Shown: positions 41,141 through 53,518 of the stretch, in pieces | Layout: each line of letters opens with the position of its first letter | Position numbering within the stretch: the first letter of the stretch is position 1 | Assembly: GCA_951406725.2 (NCBI GenBank) | Contig: OX597826.1 | Location: 80,848,001 to 80,912,000, forward strand | DNA length: 64,000 nucleotides | Direction: 5' to 3' | Origin: Octopus vulgaris | Taxonomy: Eukaryota | The notes under the pieces: model-generated | Told to the model about the DNA's origin: nothing | What the model saw: the letters and a program-made list of their open reading frames with translations, nothing else | Databases searched by the model: none | Translations under genes and position numbers: made by a program

Positions 41141-43136
41141 GACTTGGGTTTTATCCTCAAGCTACTTGCTTTTTGGAGATGCAGATGTACAATCTTTCTG
41201 GAATGTAAGTCAGTTCCAGTTCCAAATATTTCAAATAAAGGAATACCCACTCTACTATGTAACTACATAAGGGGAAAATCTCTACTGCTGTAGATTGGTG
41301 TGTGTGTGTGTGTAAATGAATGTCTGGTGGTTGAGAAGTTTGCTTCACAATCAGATCCCAGGTTCAGTTCTTCTGCGTGGCACCTTGAGTAGCTTTTACC
41401 AAAGCCCAGTTACTCCCAATCCTTTTGAGTGAATTTGTGGAAGCTCATTGGAAGGACTCTTCCTGTAATACAAAGGCCCAGCTTTGTGGCGTTCATTTTG
41501 AATAATGGTTACACTAAGGTTACAAATGACTATGGAATAATCAACCGCTCTTTATTATTGTTGTACAATTAGTTGACCATTCGGTTGATTGAACAAATTG
41601 GATTTTGTGTGTGTGTGAGAAATTTTTAACTTATAATTATGCAATTAGGCTCTTTTTTATTATTATTTTTTCTTATTTCTCCATTTGGAGCTGTAAAATT
41701 CCCAAATTCTTGGTTGTCAACATTCATAGTCTTCTGCAAGAGTTGTTGATGTCGGTATGTTGTACTATTACCATTTTATAGTAGGCTTGTTGTGTTTGTA
41801 AGACAACAGATATATCTATATATACACATTTATACACATATATGGTCTACGTGCATCAATTTATGGAAATATTTTGTATAATAGCAGTATTTTGAAGAAC
41901 CCACTCAAGATGTAATAAGTGCATACTTTCCCCCCACTTAATGACGCCACTCCTCCGTTTCTCTTCTATTTCAGCATGTCATTTGCTCTTTGACAAATCT
42001 TCTTGCCACTTAATCCTTATAATTACCAAACTGCCTGATACTGCTCTTCGTCCTGTGTTAGTAACCCTAACCTCAATCATCCTAGCTAAAGTGTTCCTCT
42101 TTTTAACCCTTTCAGGCCCATAACTTTTTATGAAATACTGTTTTGTGTGTGTGTGTTTCCTGTTTTCTTGAAACAATTTATGAATGTGAAGGAATTGTGT
42201 AACATAAATTTTATACAAATTTTAGTTTGCATTTCAAACAAAAAACAATAAAAGATTCTTATGTAGAATTGTTAGAAAGTGAGAATTTTAACATGTACAC
42301 TTCAAGGCTTTAGAAAAGGGCAGTTTTCTACAATATAAAAAGAAGGGGTTTTAGGTGTGGTGATAACAAAAATGTTAAATAAAATTCATTTTAAAAAATG
42401 TTACTTCATGATATTGGTAAATTCCGGATGATAAGATTCTAGTATTGTCTTTTATATATGAGTCTTTTGTTATTTTTATATGCATAAACATTGAATCACA
42501 ATTTAATTATAAGGAACAAAGAAAAGAAAAAAATTAAGATGTTGGGGATTAAGCAGTAGAAGATGGAGTGGGGGATACACCCCACAACAAATGGCATGTT
42601 CAGGTATACCCTGAATCAGACATGATTATGATGGTGTTACTACATGGTCAGCAACACTCACTGGGTAGCAGTAACCCCTCCTTGTAGGGCTCGTTTCTCA
42701 GACAGGCCACAGTTATCCCAATTTTGCCAAGGAAATTGGCACTGAAGGGTCCAAGAATACTTGAGGTCTTAAAAACAACCAGCATAAACTGATAGCAGCT
42801 GTTCAGGCTTCTAGATTCATTTTGTTTGTTAATTTGTATGTAAAAATTAATAATCCAGCATAATTATTGAAGTTTTGGGGGTTTTTTTTAAATGTATTGA
42901 AACAAAAAGGCAGGTAAAAACTGCTTAAATTCCTGGTTTAACACTGACACCCAGAATTTTGGGTGCCGAGCAGAGTATGCTCTGCTCTGATGTTTTACTC
43001 TCTCGCCTTCATCTTTTTAGTATAATGCCATTGTTTATTGGTAATTACGAGTGAAAGTGGTGCTCTTGTAGAGGCTTACTGTCACATGACACAGGGGTCT
43101 CAAAAACCTGCTCTATTTGCTGGCAAAGCCATTTAA

Positions 43137-43340
43137 CCCTTTTGTTACCATATTTATTTTGAGATGCTCTGTGTTTCTTGCAATTATTTTAAATATAACA
43201 AAGAATTTAGTAAAATAACTTTGTTATCATTAAGCTAGTGTTAGGAACATAAATTGTGACTAAGGTTTGGTGGAAGATTTTGATTCAAAACTTGCGATAA
43301 CGACATTTGTACTACAGAGCCAGAGCCGGTTTCAACTGGG
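43137..43340. mobile_element. piggyBac-like MITE, same family as 61452-61790
   Basis: TTAA-CCCTTTTG...GGG-TTAA; the body is the reverse complement of the 61452 element. Confidence 0.7.
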
Positions 43341-46300
43341 TTAAAGTTATTTATGGGTCATTTACGCTGATTAGAATAGTTAGCAACAAGATGTAACAAA
43401 TAATTTCTTCCTCATCCATCCTGCAAAGGTCACAAATTCTGCCCATCCTCTGATGACAAAACTAGAAAAGAATTTGTTTTGTTAAAATGAAAGTCTATTC
43501 CTGTCAGAAGAAATAGGGTTTACAAAAGTGTTAATTAACTTTTCTATATAGGCTCCAGTTTTCAAAATTGTCATTGGAACACCAGATAGAATGCTTTGCT
43601 GTTTGTGTTTCTTGCTTTCCGACACTCAAGTTCAAATCCTGTCACGGTCTGCTTTGACTTTCACCAATAAGTATAGTAGTAATTCTGTACCGGATTCTGT
43701 ACCACTTCCTCTCTCTCCTCCCTTTTCTCCTCTTCCTTCTATTCTTACTTCAAGAGTCTAGGTTTGTCACATTAAGCCATGTTGAGCTGACCTGAGAATT
43801 GTGTTAAGAGTCCATGTTCCTGTAGAATACTTGGCCACTCCTATCTTAATTTCATGAGTAGGAATTGAATTGATCAAGCGACTGAATGTTCATCTTTGAG
43901 ACCCGTGGAAAATCCACATTCATCATCATCATCACCATCATTATTTGTCCACTTTCCAGGCTGGATTGGACAAGTTCATCTTGTTCAGAGTTACTGTCCT
44001 CTCCCTGACAAGTTGAAGGACCAAGTTTCTCTCTCGTAAATTTCATTTTGAGTTTGGTTTCTCCCACTGGATGGCCTTCCTAACACCACACCCTTTGTAG
44101 GGTATACTGGGTACATTTCATTGTTGCCCCAGCACTAGAGAAGGTATCATGTCCTCTGACAACACTGAAGGGTCCACTTGACCCTCTGTTGTCTCAGCTT
44201 CATGGCTTATCACTTTATATGAGGTACTGGATGTGTTTTATTGTGGCACCAGCATTGGTGGGATTGCCACTTCACTGTAAGCCCTGATTATATTGTGTTA
44301 TATCTTAAAGTATGAAACAGATGACAGGGTTTATAAAAGTTATAAATTCATATTTGTTTTTTATTAAAATGAATCCCATTCACAAAGCAGTGTGTCTGAA
44401 CTTAACTGTGACTTTGTCAAAGTGTTACCCTTGTGCATTTGAAATGCCTGAGCAGAGATTAATGGAGTATGGCTTTGCTCTCAGTTTGCAGAAGTTTTAT
44501 GAACCGTTACCGTAATACGAGTGGCAAACCATGTTGAATAAACATCACAGCATCATATCACTTGTTTAACATGACTCATATCAAATTTTAAGTCTGTCTC
44601 ATCTTATTATATTGGAAGGGACTGAATCATATTCAGTTCTGTCTATCAGTTATTTTCATGTTTCTTATCTCCCATTCTCTCCACGTCTTTTCTGTTCACA
44701 TAGTCTTACATTTCAAGTGTACAAAGGAATGAAATATTTGTTTTGCTGATTAAAAGAAAATCAGTTTTTACTTTCCTCTCCCCCTCTCTCCCTTACAAAA
44801 ATACATGCACAACAACAACTACGCCATGTTATGGCTGGTGTCCTTAGGGGAGTGTTGGGTGTCAGAAACATTAGAACTGTAGACTGAGTGTATTAAATTC
44901 CTCCCTCTAAGCTCCCGGTTCAACTCTCATCACCCAGAAAAACAAGATGTGGGAGTCTGCTTGCGTGATTTCTTTCTGCCCTTCACACATCATCCACATT
45001 CAGTGCCCATATTACACTACTATGCTGCAAACACATGCATTATATAATCTAATCTTCATTCAGGGAGAAAGTCCTGTTATTATGAGCAGAGATTATCACC
45101 CCCTAAATTCAGTCCATATTCTCTAAGTTCAGTGTTTTTGAAATACTTTCCACGAATGTTCCCTCTAATTTTTTTAACTGTAAGTGCACATAGAAATTTG
45201 CATTGTGGGCAAAGTTTGTCCTTTTTTTGCAAAGCATGAATGCATCCATGCGAGTAAACATTGCTCTAATCCCTTCAATTAAAAATATCCAATTCCATCT
45301 TGAAAACCTTGTGTGCACATTTTTTAACTTTCCTAATTCTAAAATGTGTGCCCATGCTCAAGCACCCACCTTAGAGAGAATATTGCCATCCACCTGTGCT
45401 AATTTGGTCATGCAGAGAATTTTGGCAGTCTTGTAAACATTTGAAAAAATTAATTTTGTGAGTGCTAACACCTGTTAGTAGTAAGTTAGAAACACAACCT
45501 TCCAGAGAAACAACTGCATCTCTTGTGACTCATAGTTTACATTTGGTACACAGTGCAGAGTTATACTACCTTTCTCATAGCAGTAAAACCATCTCTCCTT
45601 TCCTGGTCACTAAAAACTTTTATTTTTCCTTGGTTTACCCAGAAGCTTCTCAATCCTCGGCTTGCTTCTGTCTTTAGAATTTCTTCTAATTCTTCAACAG
45701 ATTCATCTATTTGAATTCGGTCAAAGTTTTCCACAGACAGTTGGTCTTTAATTCACCTGTTATGGTTTGCAGATGTACAGTAAGCTGGTGGGGCCTGAGA
45801 ACATAGCTTTTACGGACACCTACCTGCATGCTCAAATCTTCACTGAACTCATTGTAAATTTTCACCTTCTGTTAGCATTTCTACATAACATCTCACAAAT
45901 TGTTCATCCACATTTGGTTTTCTTTGTAACTACCAGACCCTAGAGCAGCATGGTATGGTAATTTGTCAAAAACGTTTTTGTTGGGTTTTTTTCTCCAAGT
46001 CATTGAGTGCTGAGTATGGTGGCTCATTCTTATCCAAGAACTTCTCCCATAGATGCTTCTCTTGAAAGAAGACAATAGATGCATCTCGACCTTGCACAGC
46101 TCATAACTATATCGCATCTGAGCTAATTTTCTTTCCAATTAGTTGTGTGTGACTTAACTTTCCTAAACCTTGTCCTTTCCAAAACACCTTCTCTGCCCTT
46201 GTAGTAAGTAATGAGGCTGCTACAATAACACTCCTGTGTTCTACCTGATTGATCATAGTCTCGCATGTGCCCTACGTTACTGGCTATTTTCAGTGTCTCT

Positions 46301-47300
46301 GTCAACTGTCCCCAGATGGTCTGCTGCCTATTTTTGGCTTTGGTTTGTCTGGCTGAATAATCATGTCTCTCCATAAAGCTTCTAAGAGTGATCATAATAT
46401 AACTTAGGGAGTGGGGTTTGTTTGGAGAATGTAAGTTCTTAGAAGTGCTGTAAAGAAGCTTATAAGTACCCCTCCCCCACTTCTCGTTAACTGAGGCAAT
46501 TAATGCTGGTCCTGCAGTGATTAAGAGCAGAGGGTACTTCAACAATGTATGCCAGAAAGAGAACAAGATATAAGAGAAATATATACAAGTCAAAGGCAAA
46601 AGTTTTGCAGGCAATGATAATAGATGTCACAGATATCAGTAAATATGTTACAAATGCATGTGCGATAACCGTGACTTGGCATTTACTCTGACTGCATTCG
46701 AGTATCCTGTGTCAGAGGAAATAGTAGTCAATCTCTGTGTATGCATAAACTGAGTGAGGGGGGGGGGGAAGTACCGTAACACTCTTGCTCGTTGCGGTTT
46801 CTGTCAGTCACGGGAGAGAGAAACAGCTTGCTGTGTTCATGAGTCGCCAGTTCAGAACAAGGCCACTTACTCATCTAACGAAGTAAATCAGAGAAAGAGA
46901 GAAAGATGTATGTGGAGTGTTAGAGAGAAAAGAGATGGTGTGGGTGGAAGAGTCCTGTTTAAAATTAATGGTAAAGATGGATGAATTATGTTAACACCCA
47001 CCCCCCTCCTGGTGATGCTATTTGCTGGGAGTACGTAGGTGGATGCACCATCTTGTGCTGGTCTGGCTGAACTCAAACCCTCTCGTCACAGACACACTGT
47101 GTGTTTGCTGATTTGGGGAATAACTAAATTTCTACAAATTTCACAACTAAATCCTGACATACTTTCTAAATATTCCAAGTATTTTATGTCCTATTTTTAC
47201 CGTACTCACATAGATTATCTTTCACTTGTTTCAGTCATCAGACGGCAGCCTCACTAGGGTACCACCTTGAAGAATTTTAGTCAAACAATTTTACTTCAGT

Positions 47301-47562
47301 TCTATATTTAAGAGATGAGGAATTATGTACATTATTTACATTTGATGGATATTTGTCCTCATCTTGTTTGTTGTTAACACAAACACAACCAATATACCCT
47401 CCAGCCTTCATCAGGTGTCTTGGGGAAATTTCAAACCTGGGTTCTCATTCCTAAGGTATTTTTCGATATTGTTGTTATTATTATTATTGACCTGATGAAG
47501 GCTGGAGAGTATATCAAGATAAAAGATGAGGACAAATATCCGTCAAATGTAAATAATGTAAA
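47301..47562. mobile_element. Inverted-repeat element with degenerate hammerhead cores, 11-bp TSD, inserted in a SINE
   Basis: Outer arms TACATTATTTACATTTGATGGATATTTGTCCTCATCTT / AAGATGAGGACAAATATCCGTCAAATGTAAATAATGTA. Inner arms carry CTGATGA-AGGCTGG on both strands. Direct repeat TTTACTTCAGT at 47290-47300 and 47563-47573. Confidence 0.7.
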
Positions 47563-47900
47563 TTTACTTCAGTGCTTAATTTTAAAGTCTAGTGCTTATT
47601 CTGTTGGTCTCTTTTGCTGAACTGCTAAGTTACAGAGATGTAAGCAAACCAACACCAGTTGTCCAGCGTTGGTGGGAGACAAACACACACACATGATGGG
47701 CTTGTTTCAGTTTACCAAATTCACTCACAAGGCTTTGGTCAGCTCGGGGCTATAGTAGAAGATACTTGCCCAAGGTACTACACAGTGGTACAACTGAATG
47801 CTTTTCTTTTTGTCAACCCTCTTAGTCACCTCTTAACAGCATGTAGGGATCTGGTGTACCTACTCTAAAACCAGGATACATCTGGTAATTGCTAAGGTTT

Positions 47901-47944
47901 GTTTGCAACCCCTAGATTTCCCAAGCAGTCACCCATCCACGTAC
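47901..47944 (-). pseudogene. Possible degenerate 5S rRNA 3' fragment
   Basis: TTCCCAAGCAGTCACCCATCCACGTAC resembles the antisense of the 5S segment GTACTTGGATGGGTGACCGCCTGGGAA; short and diverged. Confidence 0.35.
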
Positions 47945-48057
47945 ATGTAGAGTGGACATTGTTTAACCGAATGAATTGTTGAGAACCATTTTAAGACATT
48001 CTTGGAGAACGTCAATGCTTACTATGATGGTAATGTCTATTTTCTTTTTATTTTGAT

Positions 48058-48580
48058 TGCCAGCCACGCCTGGCCCCGTGCCAGAGACACGTAAAAGCAC
48101 CGTCCGTTCGTGGCCGTTTGCCAGCTCTGTCTGGCCCCGTGTCGGTGGCACGTAAAAGCACCATCCGTTCGTGTCCGTTGCCACCCTCGGCTGGCCCCCG
48201 TGCCGGTGACACGTAAAAGCACCGTCCGTTCGTGGCCGGTTGCCAGCTCTGTCTGGCCCCGTGTCGGTGGCACATAAAAGCACCATCCGTTCGTGTCCGT
48301 TGCCAGCCTTGCCTGGCCCACGTGCCGGTGACACGTAAAAAGCACCATCCGTTCGTGGTTGCCGTTGGCGCCACACGCTCTGTCTGGCACCTGTGCAGGT
48401 GGCACGTAAAAACACCCACTACACTCGCGGAGTGGTTGGCGTTAGGAAGGGCATCCAGCCGTAGAAACACTGCCAGATCTGACTGGGCCTGACGAAGCCT
48501 TCCAGCTTCACAGACCCCAGTTGATCCGTCCAACCCATGCTAGCATGGAAAGCGGACGCTAAACGATGATGATGATGATG
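48058..48580 (+). mobile_element. Retroposon family C with 5' 61-bp tandem units and a (GAT)n tail
   Basis: GGCACGTAAAA(A)GCACC units, then CACTACACTC..GAGTGGTTGGC.TTAGGAAGGGCATCCAGCC...CAACCCATGC.AGCATGGAAAGCGGACG.TAAACGATGATG. Other copies: about 37190-37565, 52330-52550, 54685-54890, 55821-55975, 56870-57432, 62590-62830 (+); 39210-39490, 48715-48850, 63080-63170 (-). Confidence 0.85.
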
Positions 48581-50247
48581 TGTCAGAATGGTTTTTGTGA
48601 TTGTAAACCCCTGGAATTGGTGTCCAAGCATGGTTGCAGTTCACTTAATGAAAGAATAAAAGGACACAGGAATTATTTTATTATTGATACATTTAATGAC
48701 TTGGTTTGTTAACATCTCGTCATCATCATCATCGCTTAACGTCCATTTTCCATGCTGGCATGGGTTGGATGGTTTCACTGAGGTCTGGAGAGCCAGCGAC
48801 TGCACCAGCTGGATGCCCTTCCTTATGCCAACCACTCCAAGAGTGTTGGAGATGCTTTTAAACAAACAGTAACTTCCATTCCACCAGTAATCCAGTTCGC
48901 TATGTATCAGCTGTGCTGATTCTGCCCATAAGGAAGGAACAAATAATACAATGTGGCTGGAGGTTATAACACCCTGGGGCAACGCTGGGATGCATTGCTA
49001 GGTGTTAATATTTGAGGGTTTTGTATTTTTGTCTTAAAATCTAGCTTTTAGCCTGTTATTCAAGAAGACTTTTATAATGTTTTTGATGTTTCTTTTGGCC
49101 TCCTCTTTTTCGAATCGTGTTCTAATTAGATTTTTAAATTGAACTCAAACAAATGAGAATATTTTCTGCTGTGTCCTTCTGGGATTTCTTGCTCATTCAT
49201 AGAGATTTTAATAAATCTACTCAAGTTTGGAATTCATTAATATTGCAAGATATCTCGATGTTCAGTTTTGGTATCTGTTGAGTTTCCCTAACTGTGCAAA
49301 TAAGATTTGCTGTATTTGCTGTCGATAGCACAGGAAAACATCAAGCAAGCGTGCATTTGTAGATCCTCGTCTCTTTTATGGAGTGAAGTGCTCTGGGGCT
49401 GGATATGTTGTAATCCTTTGTATTTTGGCTTCAGTTACATCTGTAAATTACATGTACAACATGTTTTAAGCAGTCATTTATTAAATTAACTTTGATTAGT
49501 TAACTTAATTCTGTGTCTTGAGGAAAGGAGAGAGAGAGAGATAATTAAAGACGGTAAAAGGAAGACCGTTATTTAAGTTGTTAATCATTTTATTAGTCAA
49601 TACGTTGGTTTTAATTAGAGCTCTCAGCCAAAAGTTCTTGGTGCACTCGGAACAGTTGAAAAACAAACTCAACAGTTGGGTTATTCTAGCCTGGAGTGTA
49701 ATCTTCAATACGATTCTCCCGACACCAACAGATACTTAGCAGTTTCTAGCTTTAGGTGTTCATGAAAATTAGAAAACAATAAAAGAAAGAATTTTTTTTT
49801 TCCCCTCCTCTTCAAAGATTTGAATAGCTATCATTTTTTTAAAAATATTTTTGTTCTATACAATTCATTCTGAAAGAAATTATATATGAAAGCACCATCG
49901 TCACATGCTTGTTTAATTTTAGAATATCATAGAATGATAACAGGTTGTTGGAATTGTGGTGCGGAGTGGTGGTGGTGGTGGTGGTGTCAGTTGGGGGAGA
50001 AAGAACAAACATTACTGTATCGTAGAAATACTGAAAGCTTTCTGCTCGCATCTATTTCTCATGTCTTCCACAACAGAAGGACCCTGAAGAAGTGTTGTTG
50101 AGTCTGTTAGGAAGACTTCTGTTGAAAAGAAAAAACAAACAAATTATTTAAGTGTTCTTAAATGAAAGAGAGAGAGAGAGAGAGAGAGAGGGAAAGAGAG
50201 TAATTGTCAGAAAGAAAAATAGCAAAAGCAAAAACCCAAAGGAAACA

Positions 50248-50291
<44 letters not shown>

Positions 50292-51374
50292 GAATCTGCC
50301 TCAATTATTTAAGCAGTCTCTCTCTTTTTCACTATCTCGGAAATAACTATTAAATTCCTGTCTCTAATTTACTTGACTGCTGAATACATCAAAACATTCT
50401 TATGACTAGGCTGTTAGGGAGGTAAGTTTGTTATTAATACTGTTGCTATTATTAATATTAGTATTACTACTGTGTTGTTTTACTGATTACTAACTCAAGA
50501 ACTTGCCACTACAAACCACCACTTTGTGCTATTCAAGGCTTTAAGCACAGAAAATAAGCCATTTTTGTTTTCTCCTTTATTTATCTCTTAACTTAAACTG
50601 TTCTAAACTTGTTGAAATAAGTCACTTTTTGTCCAGATACAGTCTTTTTTTTATTTCTCGCTTTTTCTTTCCTTTATTTTTGTTTTTTATTCTAGTAAAG
50701 AGCACAGTTGTTGTAGTTACCATTATTATTATTATTATTATTATTATTATCATCAAGGCGGTGAGCTGGCAGAATCATTAACACGCCGGGTGAAATGCTT
50801 AGCAGTATTTTGTCTGTCTTCACGTTCTGAGTTCAAATGCTGCTGGGGTTGATAAATTAAGTACCAGTTACACACTGGGGGTCGATGCAATCGACTTAAG
50901 GCCTTGTGCTTTTAGTCGAAAGTATTGTTGTTGTTGTTGTGGCAAGCTGACAGAATCCTTTCACACTGGACAAAATGCTTAGCAGCATTCCTTCTGGTTT
51001 TCATTCTGAGTTCAAATGCTGCTAAAGTTAATTTAGTCATCCTCTTGGGGTTGATTAAATAAAGTACCTGTCGAGTACTGACATCGACCGACTCGTCCCC
51101 CTGAATATCAAGCCTTGTGCTGCCTACGGGAGAAACAGTTATCATTATTATCATTAAGGCGGCGATCTAGCAGAATCCTTAGCCCCGTGGTCGAGATGCT
51201 TGGCAGCATTTCATCCATCGTTACGTTTTTGAGGTCAAATTCTGCTGAGCTCGGCTTTGCCTCTCATCCTTTCTGGGGCAATGAAATCAGTACCAGTTGA
51301 CTACTGAGGTTGATGTAATCGACTAGTCCCTTCCTTCAAAAGTTCCCTCCTTCTGCCTGTGCTAGAAAAGATTA

Positions 51375-51740
51375 TTATTAGCTCCACCTTAGCGGAAGCA
51401 GAGGTATTGTTTTCAGTCACGTTTGTTTGTCTGTCCATGGACAAAATGTCTCAAGAACTGCTGTGTGGATTCGGATGAAAATTTCAGGGATGTTTGTCCT
51501 CATGACTGGCATGAACTGATTAGATTTGGGGATCGATCTGGTACCGGACAAGGATTCTTGATTATTTTCCTGGGTTTTTTAAATTTTTGAGAGCGGTCAG
51601 GTTCATTTTTAATATTCTTGTTTGTGAGAGCAGTTGAGTTTATTTCAGATATTCTCATTTCAAAAATCATCTCTGGCTAATCGTTGAGAGGATGTTGGTG
51701 TTACCTTGGTAGAGGTTTGTGCTCTCTGAGTGCTCTTGTT
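51375..51740 (+). mobile_element. Second copy of the Helentron-like element
   Basis: Collinear with 34765-35360 but lacks its ~220-bp internal segment. Confidence 0.65.
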
Positions 51741-53245
51741 ATTATTAGTGTACCCTCACTGCGTGGAAACTTGGGCGAGTGTCTTCTACAGCTTCAGGTC
51801 AACCAAAGCCTTGTGAGCAGATTTAGTAAATGGAAAAAGGCCCATTGTGTGTATATGTATATGTGTGTGTGTGTGTGTATCTTTGAGTTTGTGTTTGTCC
51901 CCCAATATCACTTGACAACCGGTGTTGGTGTGTGGTGTGTTTACATCCCTTTAACCTAGCAGTTCAGCAAAAGTGACCAATAGAACAGATACCAGCTTTA
52001 ACAAAACTATGTACTATGGTCAATACATTTGACTAAAATTCCTTCAAGATGGTGCCCCAGCATGGCCGCAGTCTAATGACTGACACAAGTAAAAGATAAA
52101 AAATGTGTGGAAAAGTTTACAATCTTTGCTGTCTGTCCTTGAAGGCTACTTATTTTGAAGTTAATCTTCAGATTAGACCTGTCTTTTATGTCTGAGCCAG
52201 AAGCCTGCTCCTAATCCTAGTCTTTTGGACTTTACTTAAATTAGCTTTTTCTGTCTGAGACTGTTTTATGTTGAATGAAGTGTAATATGGAAATGGATAA
52301 GCCGCTTAACTCATGCATTTTGCATTCATATCCTGTGCTGGGGCCACATAAAGAGCACCCATGCTGGGGCCACGTAAAGTGTGCCCATGCTGGTGCCACA
52401 TAAAAAGCACCCAGTAGACTTTGTAAAGTGGTTGGTGTTGAGGAGGGCATCCAGCAATAGAAACCACGCCAAAACAGACAATTGAAACCTGCTGCAGTCT
52501 TATGACTTGCCAACTCTTATCAAACCATCCAACCCCTGCCAGCATGAAAAGGCATAGGTAGCCTTTTCCAAGAAGCAGGCTCATCATTAGACAGACCACA
52601 CTACTAAAACAAATTCAATTTATACAGACAGTGTAAAATTAGATTTAAATGGTATTTGCCAAATAGAAGAAAAGCATGTGTACAAATATAAAAATAGTGT
52701 ATTATATAAACTTTGATTTGTTTAGCCTTTTTGATTCCATCTCACCTGAGGCCAACCCTGGTTATATGATACAAAACATTTATTTTAAAATGCTTCAATA
52801 TAAATTTAAACCTTTTGTCAGTTTTATCTTAAGAACTTTTCTGTAAGTTTTGTTGTGACCTGCTAAAAAGAGTAGTCAAATCATACTCAGCCATCTTGAA
52901 AAACAACACTTTGAATAATATGGTCTGAGATATAGTGTCAGAAAATAAGATGAGATGGTCGTAACTGGAATACCTTTGTTTGTAAATCTGCTCATTCAGT
53001 ACTCACCTGGGGTTAAACAAAAGCATATAATAGTTTGTGAAGAGCTGGTGCCCCAAAGATAGCATAAAAGCAGAGACGCGATATACTTGAAATTGGTTGT
53101 GGGAATCGAGACGAGAGCTGCCACCTGCTGCTTTTATTTTTGTTTGTGTGTTTCAGAGAATTGTATATATTGACAGGGGTTATCTTCTTCTTGTACATTT
53201 ATTTCAGGAAGCAGCAGCATCACGTGTGAGTGAGGAGGTGCTTAG

Positions 53246-53518
<273 letters not shown>

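Noticed and set aside
42670-42770. CCC-TCCTTGTA-GGG resembling an HDV-like ribozyme P3/L3
   Set aside because: I could not identify P1, P1.1 or P2 pairings.
47963-48533. Overlapping 120-160 aa repetitive ORFs and CRISPR-like regular spacing
   Set aside because: Produced by a GC-rich 61-bp tandem repeat. The intervening sequences are near-identical rather than unique spacers, the context is eukaryotic and no cas genes are present.
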